A stretch of DNA of 58,074 nt, the filler included, from Sphacelaria rigidula (Eukaryota), in the NCBI GenBank assembly GCA_964200075.2. It is 7 parts of 7 records of this genome, joined end to end, with 100 filler letters (N's around TTAATTAATTAA, not from the genome) between each part and the next. Parts side by side here need not be neighbours in the genome. Positions count along the whole stretch, not along the records: positions 1 to 8,211 come from CAXNAA020011904.1; positions 8,312 to 16,522 come from CAXNAA020011905.1; 5 more parts are not named here. One strand, given 5' to 3'. The notes under the pieces are model-generated. The model did no database searches. It saw nothing but the letters and a program-made list of their open reading frames with translations, and had not been told where the DNA came from. The position numbers were made by a program, and so were the translations under genes. Positions 1 through 12,835 of the stretch are shown one piece after another; the first letter of the stretch is position 1; every line of letters begins with the position of its first letter.

Positions 1-1747
1 GAAGATTTTAATCCTCCGGGTTCTCATCCTCAATGAAAAGCACCATCCTCAACATAGATGATCGGCTGTTTATATGTATATTGTCAGTTCGTGCGCTGTA
101 AGAACTCAAAAAGGGTCAGACTTCTTAGAAAGAGTCATCATGAGTGTATCCATGGGTTTGTGCCGGTATGATATTAATGATGTATATACTCCCATCGCGT
201 CTGCTGGAGTGAGTGGATTCTGGAGGTATGGTGAAGAACGTGACACTATACTGTACCCATGGGATACTAACAACCGCATGTTTAGTAGTGAGTTTTGTAC
301 TGCTTCACGGACCCAGCCGTTCAGCAGCGAAACGGTGTTCGCGCTCATCTATGGAGAACATATGAGCATGTCCACGGAGCCAGCTGCTATTTTCCCCTGC
401 CTCGATCTTTCTAACTAAGCATCATCCTTGTCCCTCACTGAACTTTCCTGTAAAGTTCGAGAATCAACACCATCGTTGTAAAGCGAACCAAACTCCTTTA
501 ATCTCTGCCAGTAGATGGAAAGATATCATGCGCAGCATAGTCGACGCAGCGTCGAACAACTCTCGCTTCTTGGCATCTACCCTGCACGCGAACTCACCAG
601 GCAAGCACTTGAGGACGAATCACTGTTGCTCCCGTCGCCCTTCTTGTCCTTTTCATTGATGTGTATGTTCCCATCGCTGTTGGTCCCAGCCGTAGCCATA
701 CCCACCACCTCTCTTGGCTGTGCTGCAGCAGGGCTGGGGGGTGTACGGGGTCGACTTTTTCGCATCACAATCGTGTTTCCATTGGGTGTGCGGTCGCCGT
801 CCCGCAAGTGGTCCCACATCTCTAATTGTAATGTGAGCGGTAAACATTCATAAGGGACTTTCTTGGGCATTATTCCCTTAATCTTACCTTTATCTTATTT
901 CCTCACCGCGTTTCTCACGTCGTTGTGATGCTGTTGAAGCCGCGTCTAGATTTTTCATGTACATTAGAGTGCGCATCTTGGCGTTCGTTATGCTCGTCGA
1001 CAACATGAAACCGTAAATAGTGTTGTTCACAATAGCTGCCATGCTCCACCATCCATCATTCTTCCGGGACTGCTGCTGCGAGCCTCAGCGAATAATCTGT
1101 TTCGTATAGGGCATGATGATAAAAAAAGAATGTGGACCAAAGGATAACAGTTTATCCACTTTTTCATAAAGTACTCTGTTGACCGCGAGGAGGGTAGGTT
1201 ACCTGTGGAATCGGTATCAATTTTCACTTGAAAAAAGTATGCGTGATCCAGATGGACTACCCGCACCCCTGCCGAATGAGGGTCAAGGGCAAATAATAAA
1301 TTTTCAGGTTTCATGAAAATGCCGATGACTCATAAAAATGTAATATATATATATATAATATATATATATAGGTGGATACACTATGATTATTATTTTTATT
1401 ATGCACTCTTCATTGTTCATACCAACTATAGGAACCAACACTCGTGATTATTGGGCTGCGAATGGGCCTGCAACACAGCTAATCCGCTTTTAGGCTGGCC
1501 CAGATCGTACTCGTGGTCAATTAAGCATGGGCAAGTCAGATCCCTCCCACCATGGAGATTTTAGACGGTAATATGGGATTCATGACCGGTTTGTCTTTCA
1601 CGTAGCGAGCCTCGTAGAATTTACAAGGCACTTGACACTTTCGTTATCATCTTGCAGTTGGATGATAGCCTCCAATGAGTTGCTTCATGGTCTGGTGTCG
1701 CCACTTCCAGAGACAGTGGCTATGAGGAAGGAAGGCGAGTAAGAATT

Positions 1748-2070
1748 ATACAGAAGTCACAGAACTCTCGGGTAAGAGTGTGAGAGGTTTGTAGAACTCA
1801 CAGAAACTGTCGGGTGCAGTATGGAGATCGCACCGATAACCGTGCCCGCAACCGGGTATCTCGTCCGGAACGTACCCGTGCCCCCGGTAACGGGTACGGG
1901 AGGGTTACAGAACTCACAGAAATATTGGGTAAGGGTATGAAACTCTTACAGACTTGATAGAACTGTCGAGTACCGGTATGAAACTGCTACAGAAGTCACA
2001 CCTGTCGGGTACGGTACATACTCAAAAAAATACCCCGAATACACAGAAAATCGTACTTTACAGAACACAA
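1748..2070 (+). repeat. Degenerate minisatellite (ACAGAACTCACAGAA...CGGGTA-type units), likely part of a dispersed repeat
   Basis: The motif (T)ACAGAA(C/G)TCACAGAA followed by (T/C)GGGT(A/G) recurs about 6-7 times at roughly 35-40 bp spacing, with a GC-rich CCGTGCCCG interruption at ~1840-1890. Confidence 0.75.
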
Positions 2071-5000
2071 CCTATTAGAGGAATCCGCCAGCAATGCCAT
2101 GTGCGCACCAGAAATGTCACCCCGGTGCGTTCCAACTAGTTTTGCTGACTGAGGGGACGCAACGGGTCAGGCATGTTCATAACCTTGTCCACACAGCCAA
2201 ATTAGCACGTGCGCACCTGAACTCTGTACCAACGAAAGTCAGCACACCGCCTGTCCATTTTTCATCTACTGAGTTCCGTGCTGCACTCGGGGCATATTTT
2301 AATTTGATTCTAAAAAAAACACGCCTCGTGCCAATAATTTTGGGTGAACGCTTAAAAAACCGGATGTCGTTCAAAAAACAGCACCTCGAAATCCACACGT
2401 TCCCATCGTCAGTGCCAATAAGGTTAACGAGTTATTACATGCATATATCCACATAACGAAGAGGCAGAATGGTCTTGGTTGACTACGGGCAGAGAAGGTT
2501 GTGCGATTTCGCACCAGCGATACCAGAATCCGCATCCCCAGAGTCAACCTTGGCGGGGGTATAATCCAACTCACAACGCAGTTGCTAACCGGACAATACC
2601 AAGTGACCCCACAACGGCAGACAATTTCATGTACACACCAAACACATAATGCATGGCGTCCTTTCAACTTCCAAACGCGCACGTGCTCGGGCTTACGGGG
2701 CGAGGGCGTCCACTACTCGAGAGTTGGCACGTTGTGCTGTGGGACGGCTCATGCCAGGGGTCCAACATACTTGGCATCGCGGCACTCCGCCGACCACAGA
2801 ATTATCAACCTCCTCTGAACTTCGTTTATGGCGAATAAACGTGCGTGTTATTCGCAAGACTAGAAAAAACCTAGACAGCTCGTCTTCAGTAAGGAACTTG
2901 ACATATACATGACAATGAGTCATCACTATTTAGTGTCACCTAAATATATGTACTTCGTATTCGTACAAAACTTCATTTTTCAACCAGCTTTTGCACGAGC
3001 GACGTCGTACGTTCAAGCTTTTTTGGGCATACATGAACTGGAGTACTTTTTCCAGCAGCTAAATGCGTAGCTGCAGCCGAACACGAAAACACATCGCGAA
3101 AAAACACGCTTCGTTATTTTACGATCAACCCCACCTTTTAAAGGATTCTACTTCCCTGCATCTCTGAGGGAGGGCGCGTCTAGTCGGAGAAGCCCTGCGC
3201 ACCAACCAGTGGGTGTAGTAGCACAACAGTAGTGGTAACACACAAAGTACCGGTTGCTTTTCAATAGCAATCATTCGACGCCTCATTACTCGAACCCCCC
3301 TCTCGTCAAATGACTACTCACGTCTCTTATTTTCAAGGTGTGTTGTTTACAAGAGTAAAACCGAAGCCTTTTCGACGCTTCCCCCACGTGCTCTCAACTC
3401 CGACCAATCAACAGCCTAGAAAACATACTTTCGGACCTGCGATGTAAACCCCCACATCAATCGCTCCCAACTTTGGATTTACCCACAAATCCCTCAAGAA
3501 TTGATGCACGACAGATGCCTGACTATCGCCGAGCCCGCCAGTCATCTCTCAGCTGGCACAATACTTACTGCACATCAACGAAAACCATGCGACACGCTCG
3601 ATCGTGCCGCATGCCTTCGGCTTGTACTTTCTTCCAAATTCTCATCGTTCAATAAAAAAAAGCTCTCTCCCGTTTTCTCCTTGCACCCTGCCGAGCACAA
3701 CCCACTTTTCATAAACTCGTCGAAACAACGGAATAAGGTAAAGACAGCACTGGGGCTACCCCTGGACCCCACGATTAAAAGGACGACGGTGGGTGGACAT
3801 TATATATATACTGGTAACTTACACGTGGATCCCAATCCAATAAAAAACAAGACACCCTTCATCTCTGTCTCGCACCGCACGTCGCGTCGCCTCCACAGGC
3901 GCCATCTGTGAACATCCTTGCCGACGCATGAAAACTAGACACGCTGTGGCCGTGCATGCTGGCCATCTTCCAGGCATGGTATTCGAAAATTCTTGTCCAT
4001 TGCCCAAATGCCGGCTCAACAACAAACCTATGCTCTAAGGCAAGTCGACTGAATGGATGATGGAACATCACAATTATACTCGGGGAATAAACATCGTACC
4101 CCACCCAGATGCACACTAAAAACACCACATGTAAGACGAACCCCAGAGGGGCAAACCAATAAAAATCATCATCGTTCCCCGACCTTGGACAACACGCTGT
4201 TCGCTCGGCCACAAAAAATATATTACCGCGCACCCATAAAAGTCAAATCGTTGGATCCAAGTGGGACTGGACACCTCTGCTAGAGAAATCGCACCTCCGA
4301 CCTTCGGCTTTTTGCCTCCCTCCCTCAACATACATTTTATTGCAGTGAACGGACGATAAAAATCGAATCGAGTCGCGCAATTTGTGGGAAACTGTGGGAA
4401 ACAAATCACAATCGCGTTTCGCCTCCACATCACGACACCCCCGTAGTGCCAAATCGTCTTATAAAAAAGCCGTAACCCCCAGCAAAAAATGGGTTCCATT
4501 TCCGTAAGGAGGGGACATCGAAGAGCCCTATTGGATTTTCACAAGTAGACAAGTCACCGAATTAGCTGATATAGACGGCGCACAGTGGCATAGTACAACT
4601 GTTGGCAGCACGCCCAAGCGGCCAAGTAAGTCGAATGCCCCCTGGCATAAATTTTGTACAAGAATGATGGGATACATCAATGCAATCGTTCCCCGAACAC
4701 GCCCCCCTCCCTGCCCCTCACCAAATCCAAAACATTTTCCCATAAAAAAAATTTACAAGGTTTGCGCCCATTCCGAGCAACCACCAGAGAGGTAATTTGA
4801 ATGCCACAGTTGATACAAGATTTGACACAATACGCTCGCCGGCCCGCGGGAAAATTCACCAGTTCTTCGTTGCGTTATGCGAGCTTTCTCTCGAAGCTCC
4901 AAGCACATCACCAGCCGCTCAAAAAAGCAAATACAGACTCTCCCCTTCGCCCCTTTCCCAGATGCTATCGCCCCCAAATTTGGCACTTGAAAGCGAATAT

Positions 5001-5470
5001 ACGGACCGGTCGGCAGAACACGCGAGAGGTCAGGAGGGAGTGAGGGGAGAGGGGCGGAAAGGAAGTGAGCAGAATCAGATGGTAGAGCGTGCCTTGTATT
5101 GTAATCCCCTTTGAAAGCCCGACTATATCCTCGTTGAAATCGTTAAAAGCTAATGTAGATGCGCAAAGGAGCTTCAATACTCGAGTGTTCCGTCTGTCGG
5201 CGCTTCAGGGGTTGGAGTTGAGGCCGTTCACCGCCTGTTCTTACTCGTGCTCGGGAAAAAGTTGCACTTGTCCAGGTGACCAACATCTTTTTTGGCAGTC
5301 ACCGATCTCGACCTGTACGTAAATAAGTCCGGAAACACGGATTGTAAAACCCAATTCGACATAATGACCACATATAGGGGCATGAAGTATGAGCGGCAAG
5401 GTTTTCAGGTCAGTTACGAGCTGGGCCAGCCGAGAGGCTACATCAACGTTTGCATGCGGATGCGCCGGCC

Positions 5471-5723
5471 AATATTTAGAGTTAGACCCTGAAAATCGGT
5501 ATGGATTATGCATGGGGCATGATAAAAAATCTGGAAAAGCACCCGAAGTTTTTTTGGTTTTTTTGGTTTTTCTCGTGAGTCAAGGGCGTTTTGCTGAAAC
5601 CTGAAGACTGATTATTGCCCTTGACTCACGACAAGAGAAAAAAAACTTGGGGTGCTTCTTCCCGACTTTTATTATGCTTTGTGCATTGTCCATACCAAAT
5701 TTCAGGATCCAACTTTAAATATT
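5471..5723. mobile_element. Long imperfect inverted repeat (two head-to-head DNA-transposon ends, or a foldback)
   Basis: Perfect 15-bp arms TCGTGAGTCAAGGGC (5573-5587) and GCCCTTGACTCACGA (5617-5631) around a 29-bp spacer. Looser complementarity extends out to AATATTTA at 5471 and TAAATATT at 5723. Confidence 0.7.
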
Positions 5724-7689
5724 GCCCGGAAGAATCGGATCGGTAGAAATTTGGGACAGTATTTCGCAGGCCACTCACTGGCCCACGTTTGGCTTTTGTG
5801 TGATAAAAATTTGCGTGGGCCCTCGCTAGGGCACAATTAGCAAAACTCAGCGGACCAGATTTGTTTCACTCGTTTTCTACTTGGTTGAGAGCGTGTTGGT
5901 ATGGTGAAGACCATTTCTTCACGAGAACGCCCCAACCTCTACGAAAAAAAAAAATTAAGTCCCCTTTGTTTTTGTTCGGCATTCTTTTGCGGTTCTCCAA
6001 ACCAATTTTCGTTACTATCAGCTAAATGCATTGATCAGGAGTTTCATGGAGATTTCAGTATTAGCGCTATCTCCCTGAGGTATAGCAAGACATGGGGTTT
6101 AATCAACGAGAAAATATGGGCCCAAACTTTTGAGTAGATGGGCACCTTCCCCTTGATTAGACGATTAACACGATATGCGAATCACGGCCCAATTCGTTTC
6201 CGGTGATGAAATATAGCTTTGCCAGGCTAAATCTGTTTCTGGGCTGGCCCAGCTCGTAGCACTTCCAAAGTGCAAAAATCCGGCGACTTTTAACTCATCA
6301 AATACCAAGAAAAAAACGGCAAGTGAGTGGCAGGTATGCCTTGATTGGCCTGCACCTTGCGCCGCTGCGAGACAGAAAGCTGCTACCATCAATAGCTGAG
6401 AACACAGAAGCTCCGTGCTGGCTCAGTTCATTTGTCCCAACCTGTATGCACCCGTCTTACGAGTCTTCCCCGATCAGAGCACCCGACTACAAATGAAATA
6501 GCGAAGAAAACGCAACAGACAGACGCACAGCCGTCACGTGGTTGTTTCAAGATTGTGTAGACAGCACTTTGATCGCACCCCAATTACATGCAGGACGAAA
6601 CACGGCATGCAACGGCATGCAGCAGTACACCTGTCCAGGCACTCTCCAGCGCACATGTTTATCATATAGTGTTCAAAGGCGCAACAGCACAGCGACAACT
6701 ACAGTACAGAAATTATAGGTATGATAAGCGTGTTCGTTTGAAGGTGGACCAAACAGCTAACATACGATGAAGTTTTCAACAGCATATAGACAACAGTAGA
6801 CAGCACTGCGTGCCGACTGACTGAATTTTCTCCAGGGACCAACGCGGTAAAAATAACGAGATCCAGGCAGTTCCAGCGAAGACAAGACCGTCTTCGCGTC
6901 GTCTTCGAAAGATCTGAACAAGCCACAGCGCAGTGACAACTACGGCACGTGAGAGAGGGCTTGACCGTGTCTGTGCTGCAGCACAATGAAACAGGACATG
7001 TCCTGTGCGATAATTATTTCCCTGCTTTCCTTAACTGTTGCGGAGCGCCGATTTTTTCACCGCCATCACCACGCTTCGCGCGAAAAACTCCGTCTCATCA
7101 GTTTCAAGCCAACACGAAATAGTTTTCGTGTGCCCTGAAAAAAGGGGGCATAAAATTGAAATGGCATATAACTGATGGCAAAAGACAGATAACACCACAG
7201 GCAGTTGTTGGGAAATGCTGCGTTCGCGTCCCCAAGTTTCCGCGGCTGAACCTCGTGGACCACCGATCCTACCGTCGACGCCAGTGAGGCCACTACCCCC
7301 GGGTGTGGGAGAATTAGTGTCGGTAGCCACGGACTTGGCCGTTGGACGTGCCTCGACAGTTGGTTCTTGTGTGGAAATGATACGGGGTCGAGAGGACAAG
7401 ATCGAGGGGTTATCGGAAGCGACACCACCTCGAATTGAGATTGATTACTCCGGGGAAAGAGGACATTGACACGAGAGGACATACCAATGTTTCTGGGGAG
7501 ACATGGAACACTCCTGGAACGGAGCGGAGGGATCCATAGATACTATAGAACCTATGGCGAGGGAAATATGGTCCCGTCGTGGTTGTGAACATCAGACACA
7601 TTTTGACTTGAGGACTACCCTGATACTAACATGCAGCCCAGCTGTATCATGTGTACTTGTTTCGAGTAAAAATGACACCCATTCGACAG

Positions 7690-7902
7690 ATGACCTACTC
7701 TCACGATTCAACCCTCGTGGGACCGGAGTCCCTGGAACATGTGGTTGCAGGTGAGGGTTTTTTGTGTGAATCGGCATCAGTTTCAATCGTTTCCAAGTAA
7801 AAATGATGCCAATTCACGGAAACGCCCCTCAGTGCAACCCATATGTTCCTTCGAGTCCGGTCCCAACAGGGTTCCAACTCTTTGACCGGGAGGGTAGGTC
7901 AA
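7690..7902. mobile_element. Foldback/MITE-like repeat with central GAATCGGCATCA...TGATGCC(G/A)ATTC palindrome
   Basis: Arms ~7690-7785 and ~7795-7902 are imperfectly complementary. The same core recurs at ~1190-1235, ~15030, ~22965, ~32370, ~32465 and ~55375-55425 in other contigs. Confidence 0.7.
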
Positions 7903-8211
7903 CTTCTGAATCTGCATCAACGATTTTCATTATTATTATTATATTCCTCACATGGGTCATTATTTCCACAAATCAACCCTTTTGGGACCGGGCCTCCAGA
8001 ACGATCAATGAGGCTCGTCAGGAATGACGTGTCTGGCGCCTAGACGAAACAGTGGCGTGTTGCTGAAAATCCGCGTATGTAACAACTGCAGGGTGATGAC
8101 GAAGACCGAGAGTTTCATCTAGTCTGTTTTCAGGAGCAGGGTGCGCATTAGGTGGTGTACATCCAATGTAGCGAGCAGTATGTGTCGCGGTAGAGAGCTT
8201 CCAACAGGATG

Positions 8212-8311
8212 NNNNNNNNNNNNNNNNNNNNNNNNNNNNNNNNNNNNNNNNNNNNTTAATTAATTAANNNNNNNNNNNNNNNNNNNNNNNNNNNNNNNNN
8301 NNNNNNNNNNN
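8212..8311. other. Artificial contig linker N44-TTAATTAATTAA-N44
   Basis: Exactly 100 bp. The palindromic 12-mer puts stop codons in multiple frames on both strands. Confidence 0.99.
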
Positions 8312-8723
8312 CGCCGTGCCTGACACGGGAACCCCATCCCCATCGTGCCGCTCCCGCCCCGAGCTACTCCCACCACCACCCCCTCCACTCCCTCCGCCCC
8401 CAGCGCTGCCGGCGACTCCGCCCTGCTTGCCGCCCTTCATCGACCGACCAATTAAACCGCCGGTACCACCGACCCCGCCACCGCCTCCCCCGCCACCACC
8501 GCTGCTGCCGCCGCCACGCGATGACGAAACCTGCGATGATTCCATCGGAGCGTCACGGGCGCGAGCGCCACCGCTCGACGTGCCCGCGGAGTTGCCATTG
8601 CTCCCAGAGGCGTTCGTGGTGGTGTTGGTAGTAGTCTGGCCCGGGTTCCCGCCGCCACCCACGACTCCGGCGCTGCCACCCGCCCCCGAGCCTCCTCTGC
8701 GCAAACCATTTTTTCGGGGTCTC
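8312..8723 (-). CDS. Internal exon of a Gly/Ser-rich low-complexity protein (truncated by the contig edge); starts (G)RPRK, possible AT-hook half
   Basis: GC-rich open frame RPRKNGLRRGGSGAGG... runs to the contig end. It is preceded on the minus strand by a pyrimidine-rich tract and a CACACAG acceptor at 8725-8724. Confidence 0.55.
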
Positions 8724-11207
8724 CTGTGTGTTCAAGGGGCGAGATAAGCGGATGAAGGGGTGGAGGAGGGGGGGGTTTCGATGGACGGGACGTTTGTGGG
8801 TGTGGCTTCGCTTGCTGGCTGAGCAGTTTTTTCTGAGTTTTGAGTTGAAATGATTTCCTCTTTTAATTAAAATCAGAACTTGCGCGCGTTCAATCCCGCG
8901 TCATCACCCCGGTGGACAGGCATCGGATCTGGCGATCCAAGGATCACAGTCTCTACACGATGAATAACTCCGATCTTCCATCGCCCATATCGGTCCTTTC
9001 AAATTTTACACCAGCCGCATCCGCCCCATGTGGGTCTCAGCAAACGCACGACAGAAGCACAGCAATACCGGTGCGGCCGAGGGAAATGCGTGACAGCGAA
9101 TGACGACGATACGATTTGCAGCAGATCGACGCTGTGGATAAGTAATCGCTCCAGCACGTGAAAATAATCAAGTACTACAGTACTAGCCGCGCAGGTCGCT
9201 CGAGCTATAATCCACGCCACTTAGCGCGTGTGTCAACTTTGTGCATTGTAGTCGTCCGCGCCCCCCTTTTGCTGAATGGGTCACAACTTGCTTGCGCGCC
9301 CGGTCGCGGTTGACGTTCATCGGTGGCTCGCCAGCGCGTGGTGGGTCGAGCGCGCTCCGTCCCGTCACCGTGACGAATGAGCAGCGGAAGAACGCATCTA
9401 TGATAGCGACTATTATAGTCAAACCGCGACATGGAACATGACTTTTTCTCAGCGGGAAAGCTGCAGTGATGATGGCACGCTGCTGCGCTGCGGTATTATG
9501 AAGGCGCAACAGAAGCAGTGTTACCTGAATGTCTCATTTGATGACTTTTCTCGGAATCCATCACCATGTTTCTGATACTCATTCGCGAACAATAGCTATA
9601 CACGTCCATGTGTCGACAAGTTGGGCGTGGAACGAGTTAGATACCGCTTCTTTTTTTCCTCCATGCTCCATGACTTTCATGGGTTTTGCGATCCATGTGG
9701 GAAACGCGTGCATGCAAGACTGTAGGCCTAGGCAAGGAAGTGGAAGTCTAGCGCAGTCGTACATCGATTGCTCGAACAGAGGACCTCTATTCGTGCTCGT
9801 CACCGAAACTTTTGCCTTCCACCAAAGGCTCCTCGATCCGATCATAACCTTGGCCACCTCGAGATACCTCAGGTTTCTTATTCTCCGGCTCAGACACCCA
9901 CAACATACACAGCGTTACTTCTCCCTCGGGAAACATATGTGGCGAGGAGAAGGTCGAGATATATTTTACCCAAATCAACATGTTTCACTCAAAACAAATT
10001 CTCTGCGTGTTTTTTTCCTCACAAAATCCATATCTCTCTACACCAGAAACAAAAAACTACGCAGTCCATCGGCGACATGTAGCGCGCAAGGCTGAAGAAT
10101 CGGGAAATCACCCGGACGTTTCAAACCACAGCAACGACAAAAACGACACGACGCATCACATTCCCCCAACGTGAAAAGGTCTGACGGAGGTGAAATTGCA
10201 CTATATCCAACTCACGAGTGAGATCTTGTGACGGACATATCGTGCGGTGATCGAATCTCGATGTGAATCACGAGATCCAGCCGTGCTCTCACGATAGACG
10301 CGAGACGTGCCCAAGATGAAAAAAAAACAAAAACGGGAACACTCCTGGCGAAGCTTGAAAAAAAACAAGGCGACTGGAGGAACAGGAAATATACGGAGTG
10401 GGCTAAACAACACAAAAGACAAACACAAAAGAGCCGGGAAATGAAAAAAAAGTAACCACGGCCGACGTCAAAAAATCTCATAGAGTGTATCCACGTATGG
10501 ATGGTTTACAACGCCAATTTTATCCGTTATGTGGTTGCGATCCGTTGCTTCAGGTTCTTCGGCGGTTGGACCACCCCTGGTGATCAGCGCTGGTGTGTAC
10601 CACGGTCAAAATCCACGCGCATGATTGCGGAGTGATTTCTCATTCTTTCATGGTCCTGCAAAATAAATGATTTCTCAGTTTGGTACAATCGTCCATGTCG
10701 AACCTATTTCCGCTTACATACATCAAATCAGTTTTGTACTCTCAACTCCCAATATCTCGATACCTGACGTTCCAAAACTGCGTTAAACTCACTAAACGCT
10801 TTGCCCTGTGGCGGCGAGACTTAGGCCGAAGTATTTCCAGGACTGATGATGCCCGAGTGCCTGCAAAAAAGGCAATTTGTTTGTGTCAAAAGTTCGAAGC
10901 CTCGCGAGTTCCGAGATGTTCTTACAGCGCTTCGTTTTCGAGTGTTCTTTACTATTCCCGTTCCATTATTTTTTATTTTTTCCCTCACACTTTGGACCCC
11001 TCCCCTTCCTCGGGATGAGGCCGTGGTCTCAAGAGATCAACCCATCTCTCCGCCGGTGCGTGCCTTGCATTTAGGTGTCGCGGATTGGGTCATGGCTATC
11101 AGCACTCCCGCACCGCGTCAGCTCACGTCACGAAACCAAGTCGACTACTTTGTTTACTCACGTTCTCACGCGTTAGACGGTGGAAATCATACATTACCAA
11201 GAAAAAA

Positions 11208-11288
11208 CCCAACGCGTCGGGAATCGAACCCCCGTTCTCTCCACCACAATGGCGACAGTCGGACCATTACACCACCGGGGCGCGGCGG
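11208..11288 (-). mobile_element. tRNA-derived SINE head (Pol III A and B boxes)
   Basis: Minus strand reads CCGCCGCGCCCCGG-TGGTGTAATGGT (A box)...GGTTCGATTCCC (B box). The acceptor stem does not close, so it is not a functional tRNA. It shares the GCCCCGGTGG start with the copy at 49881-49962. Confidence 0.65.
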
Positions 11289-12738
11289 TTACATGGAGGC
11301 GGTATTATGGGAGGTGGGGAAGTTGGAAATCCCATCAGATTCAAGATTTCTCTCGAGATCCAAGATTCTCTCACAGCGCTTCGCTCCTGGGTGTCCTGTG
11401 TTTTCCACTCCCCATGATATGAGGAGGGTATTTCGGGAGGTAAGGGTCCGGACAAAACGCACCTCGTGTGTTATGATGCCCAAAACTTGGAGAGTGTGTT
11501 GGTTTGTACCACAGGCACATGTCAAAGTCACAGCCTCAGTGGCGCAAGGCGCTGAGGGCGCGGTGTGCGTTTATACGGTGGATACCAGCATTGCGCTCAT
11601 CTTTTGTATTCAACACTTGCTGTCTGATGACAATTATGAGGGTATGACATCAATCGGGCACGCCGGCGGCAACGGGTCCTGCCAGCCACGTCATAAATCT
11701 TCGATTAGTTATGGATCAACATTCGGACATGAACAGCTGAGAAGCACCCCTGAGGCTTCGTGATATATCTGAGAATTTGGGGCTCAACGTTCTAACTCCA
11801 ACTCGTTCGACAGCTCTAAAACGAGCTCCTCCACGGACCTTCGACAGCGTACCTGGCGACGAGGCAACGTCCCGTTACAGGCAAAATCTGACAGCCACGG
11901 AGGTGATTTTTGTCGAATTCTTCACCAGGTACACACTTGGATGGAGTACGGCTGTTTCCGGTTTGGACGTATAATAGTTCGGCGATTCACCAACTTCCAC
12001 TTCGCCGAGGTCTTGCGGACTAGTTCATTATTTTGCAGGTAACACGTTATGCTAGTCCAGTTCCGCGCCAGACACGATCAGAAACAGGAACTCGTGTGTA
12101 CAGAGTGGCGCCCGCGGCTCTGAGAATTTGGTGCCAACATCGTCGTTAAGTCCTAGATCGGGGCAGGTTTTGAGTTGCACCTGCAGGCGATCTCTGCAGT
12201 GACGTTCGTCTTCCGCCATGCATATTTCTCCACCGCCGAAGCACACGTGTCGCGCCAGCTGTCCGTACTGGTTTTGATCACCCCTCTTGCCAGGACGGTT
12301 TCTTTTCAAAGCCTAATTCAACCCTTTGACCGAGATGCGGGTGGTCCACCTGGATCATACATATTTTTTTCAGGTGAAACTGATGCCTATACAACAGATG
12401 ACCCTACTCTCGCCGTCTAGAGGTCAATACCGGCAATCCTGTGGAACATGACTGTTTCATTTGGAACATGAAAATTCTCATCAAATCACCGCCACAAAAT
12501 ATTACACGTCATGGAAAAGGTACAGGACTGGTGTCAGGTAATATTCAGACATTTCCGGCAGGATACGCTGCTTTACAGCCATGAAACCTACACACAATAG
12601 GCTTTTTGGCTCAAGTTTGCACGTGGTAACCTCGGCGGAAAATGACGGGCAGACAGTGTACTACGACGCCGAGACCAGTGTAATTCGTGAGGTGGCCAAC
12701 CTCCCCCCCCCCCCACCCCCCCATCCGGCGATAACACG

Positions 12739-12835
12739 GCGTGCTCCGTCCCGGCTTTGCAGGCATGCGAAGTCAATGGTCCTACGACTATAGCATGCAT
12801 GATCATGAGCACCCGTCCACCCCCCACCCCCTTCC
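12739..12835 (+). repeat. Fragment of high-copy unclassified repeat (CGTGCTCCGTCCCGGCTTTG...ATGATCATGAGTACACCCCCC end)
   Basis: Homologous segments at ~21873-21965 (+), 33245-33310 (+), ~51905-51937 (-) and ~57970-58074 (-). Confidence 0.8.

Noticed and set aside
2927-2946. 15-nt match to the SP6 promoter (ATTTAGGTGACACTA on the minus strand)
   Set aside because: It lacks the following TAG, and there is no polylinker or vector context. It is also a small natural hairpin (TATTTAG/CTAAATA), so likely chance.
8256-8267. TTAATTAATTAA recurring every ~8311 bp as a biological periodic signal
   Set aside because: It is always centred in N44 pads; a synthetic stop-codon linker.
10846-11763. 305-aa ORF
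   Set aside because: It runs through a SINE head and T-rich tracts, has no recognisable motif or coding-like composition, and is probably fortuitous.
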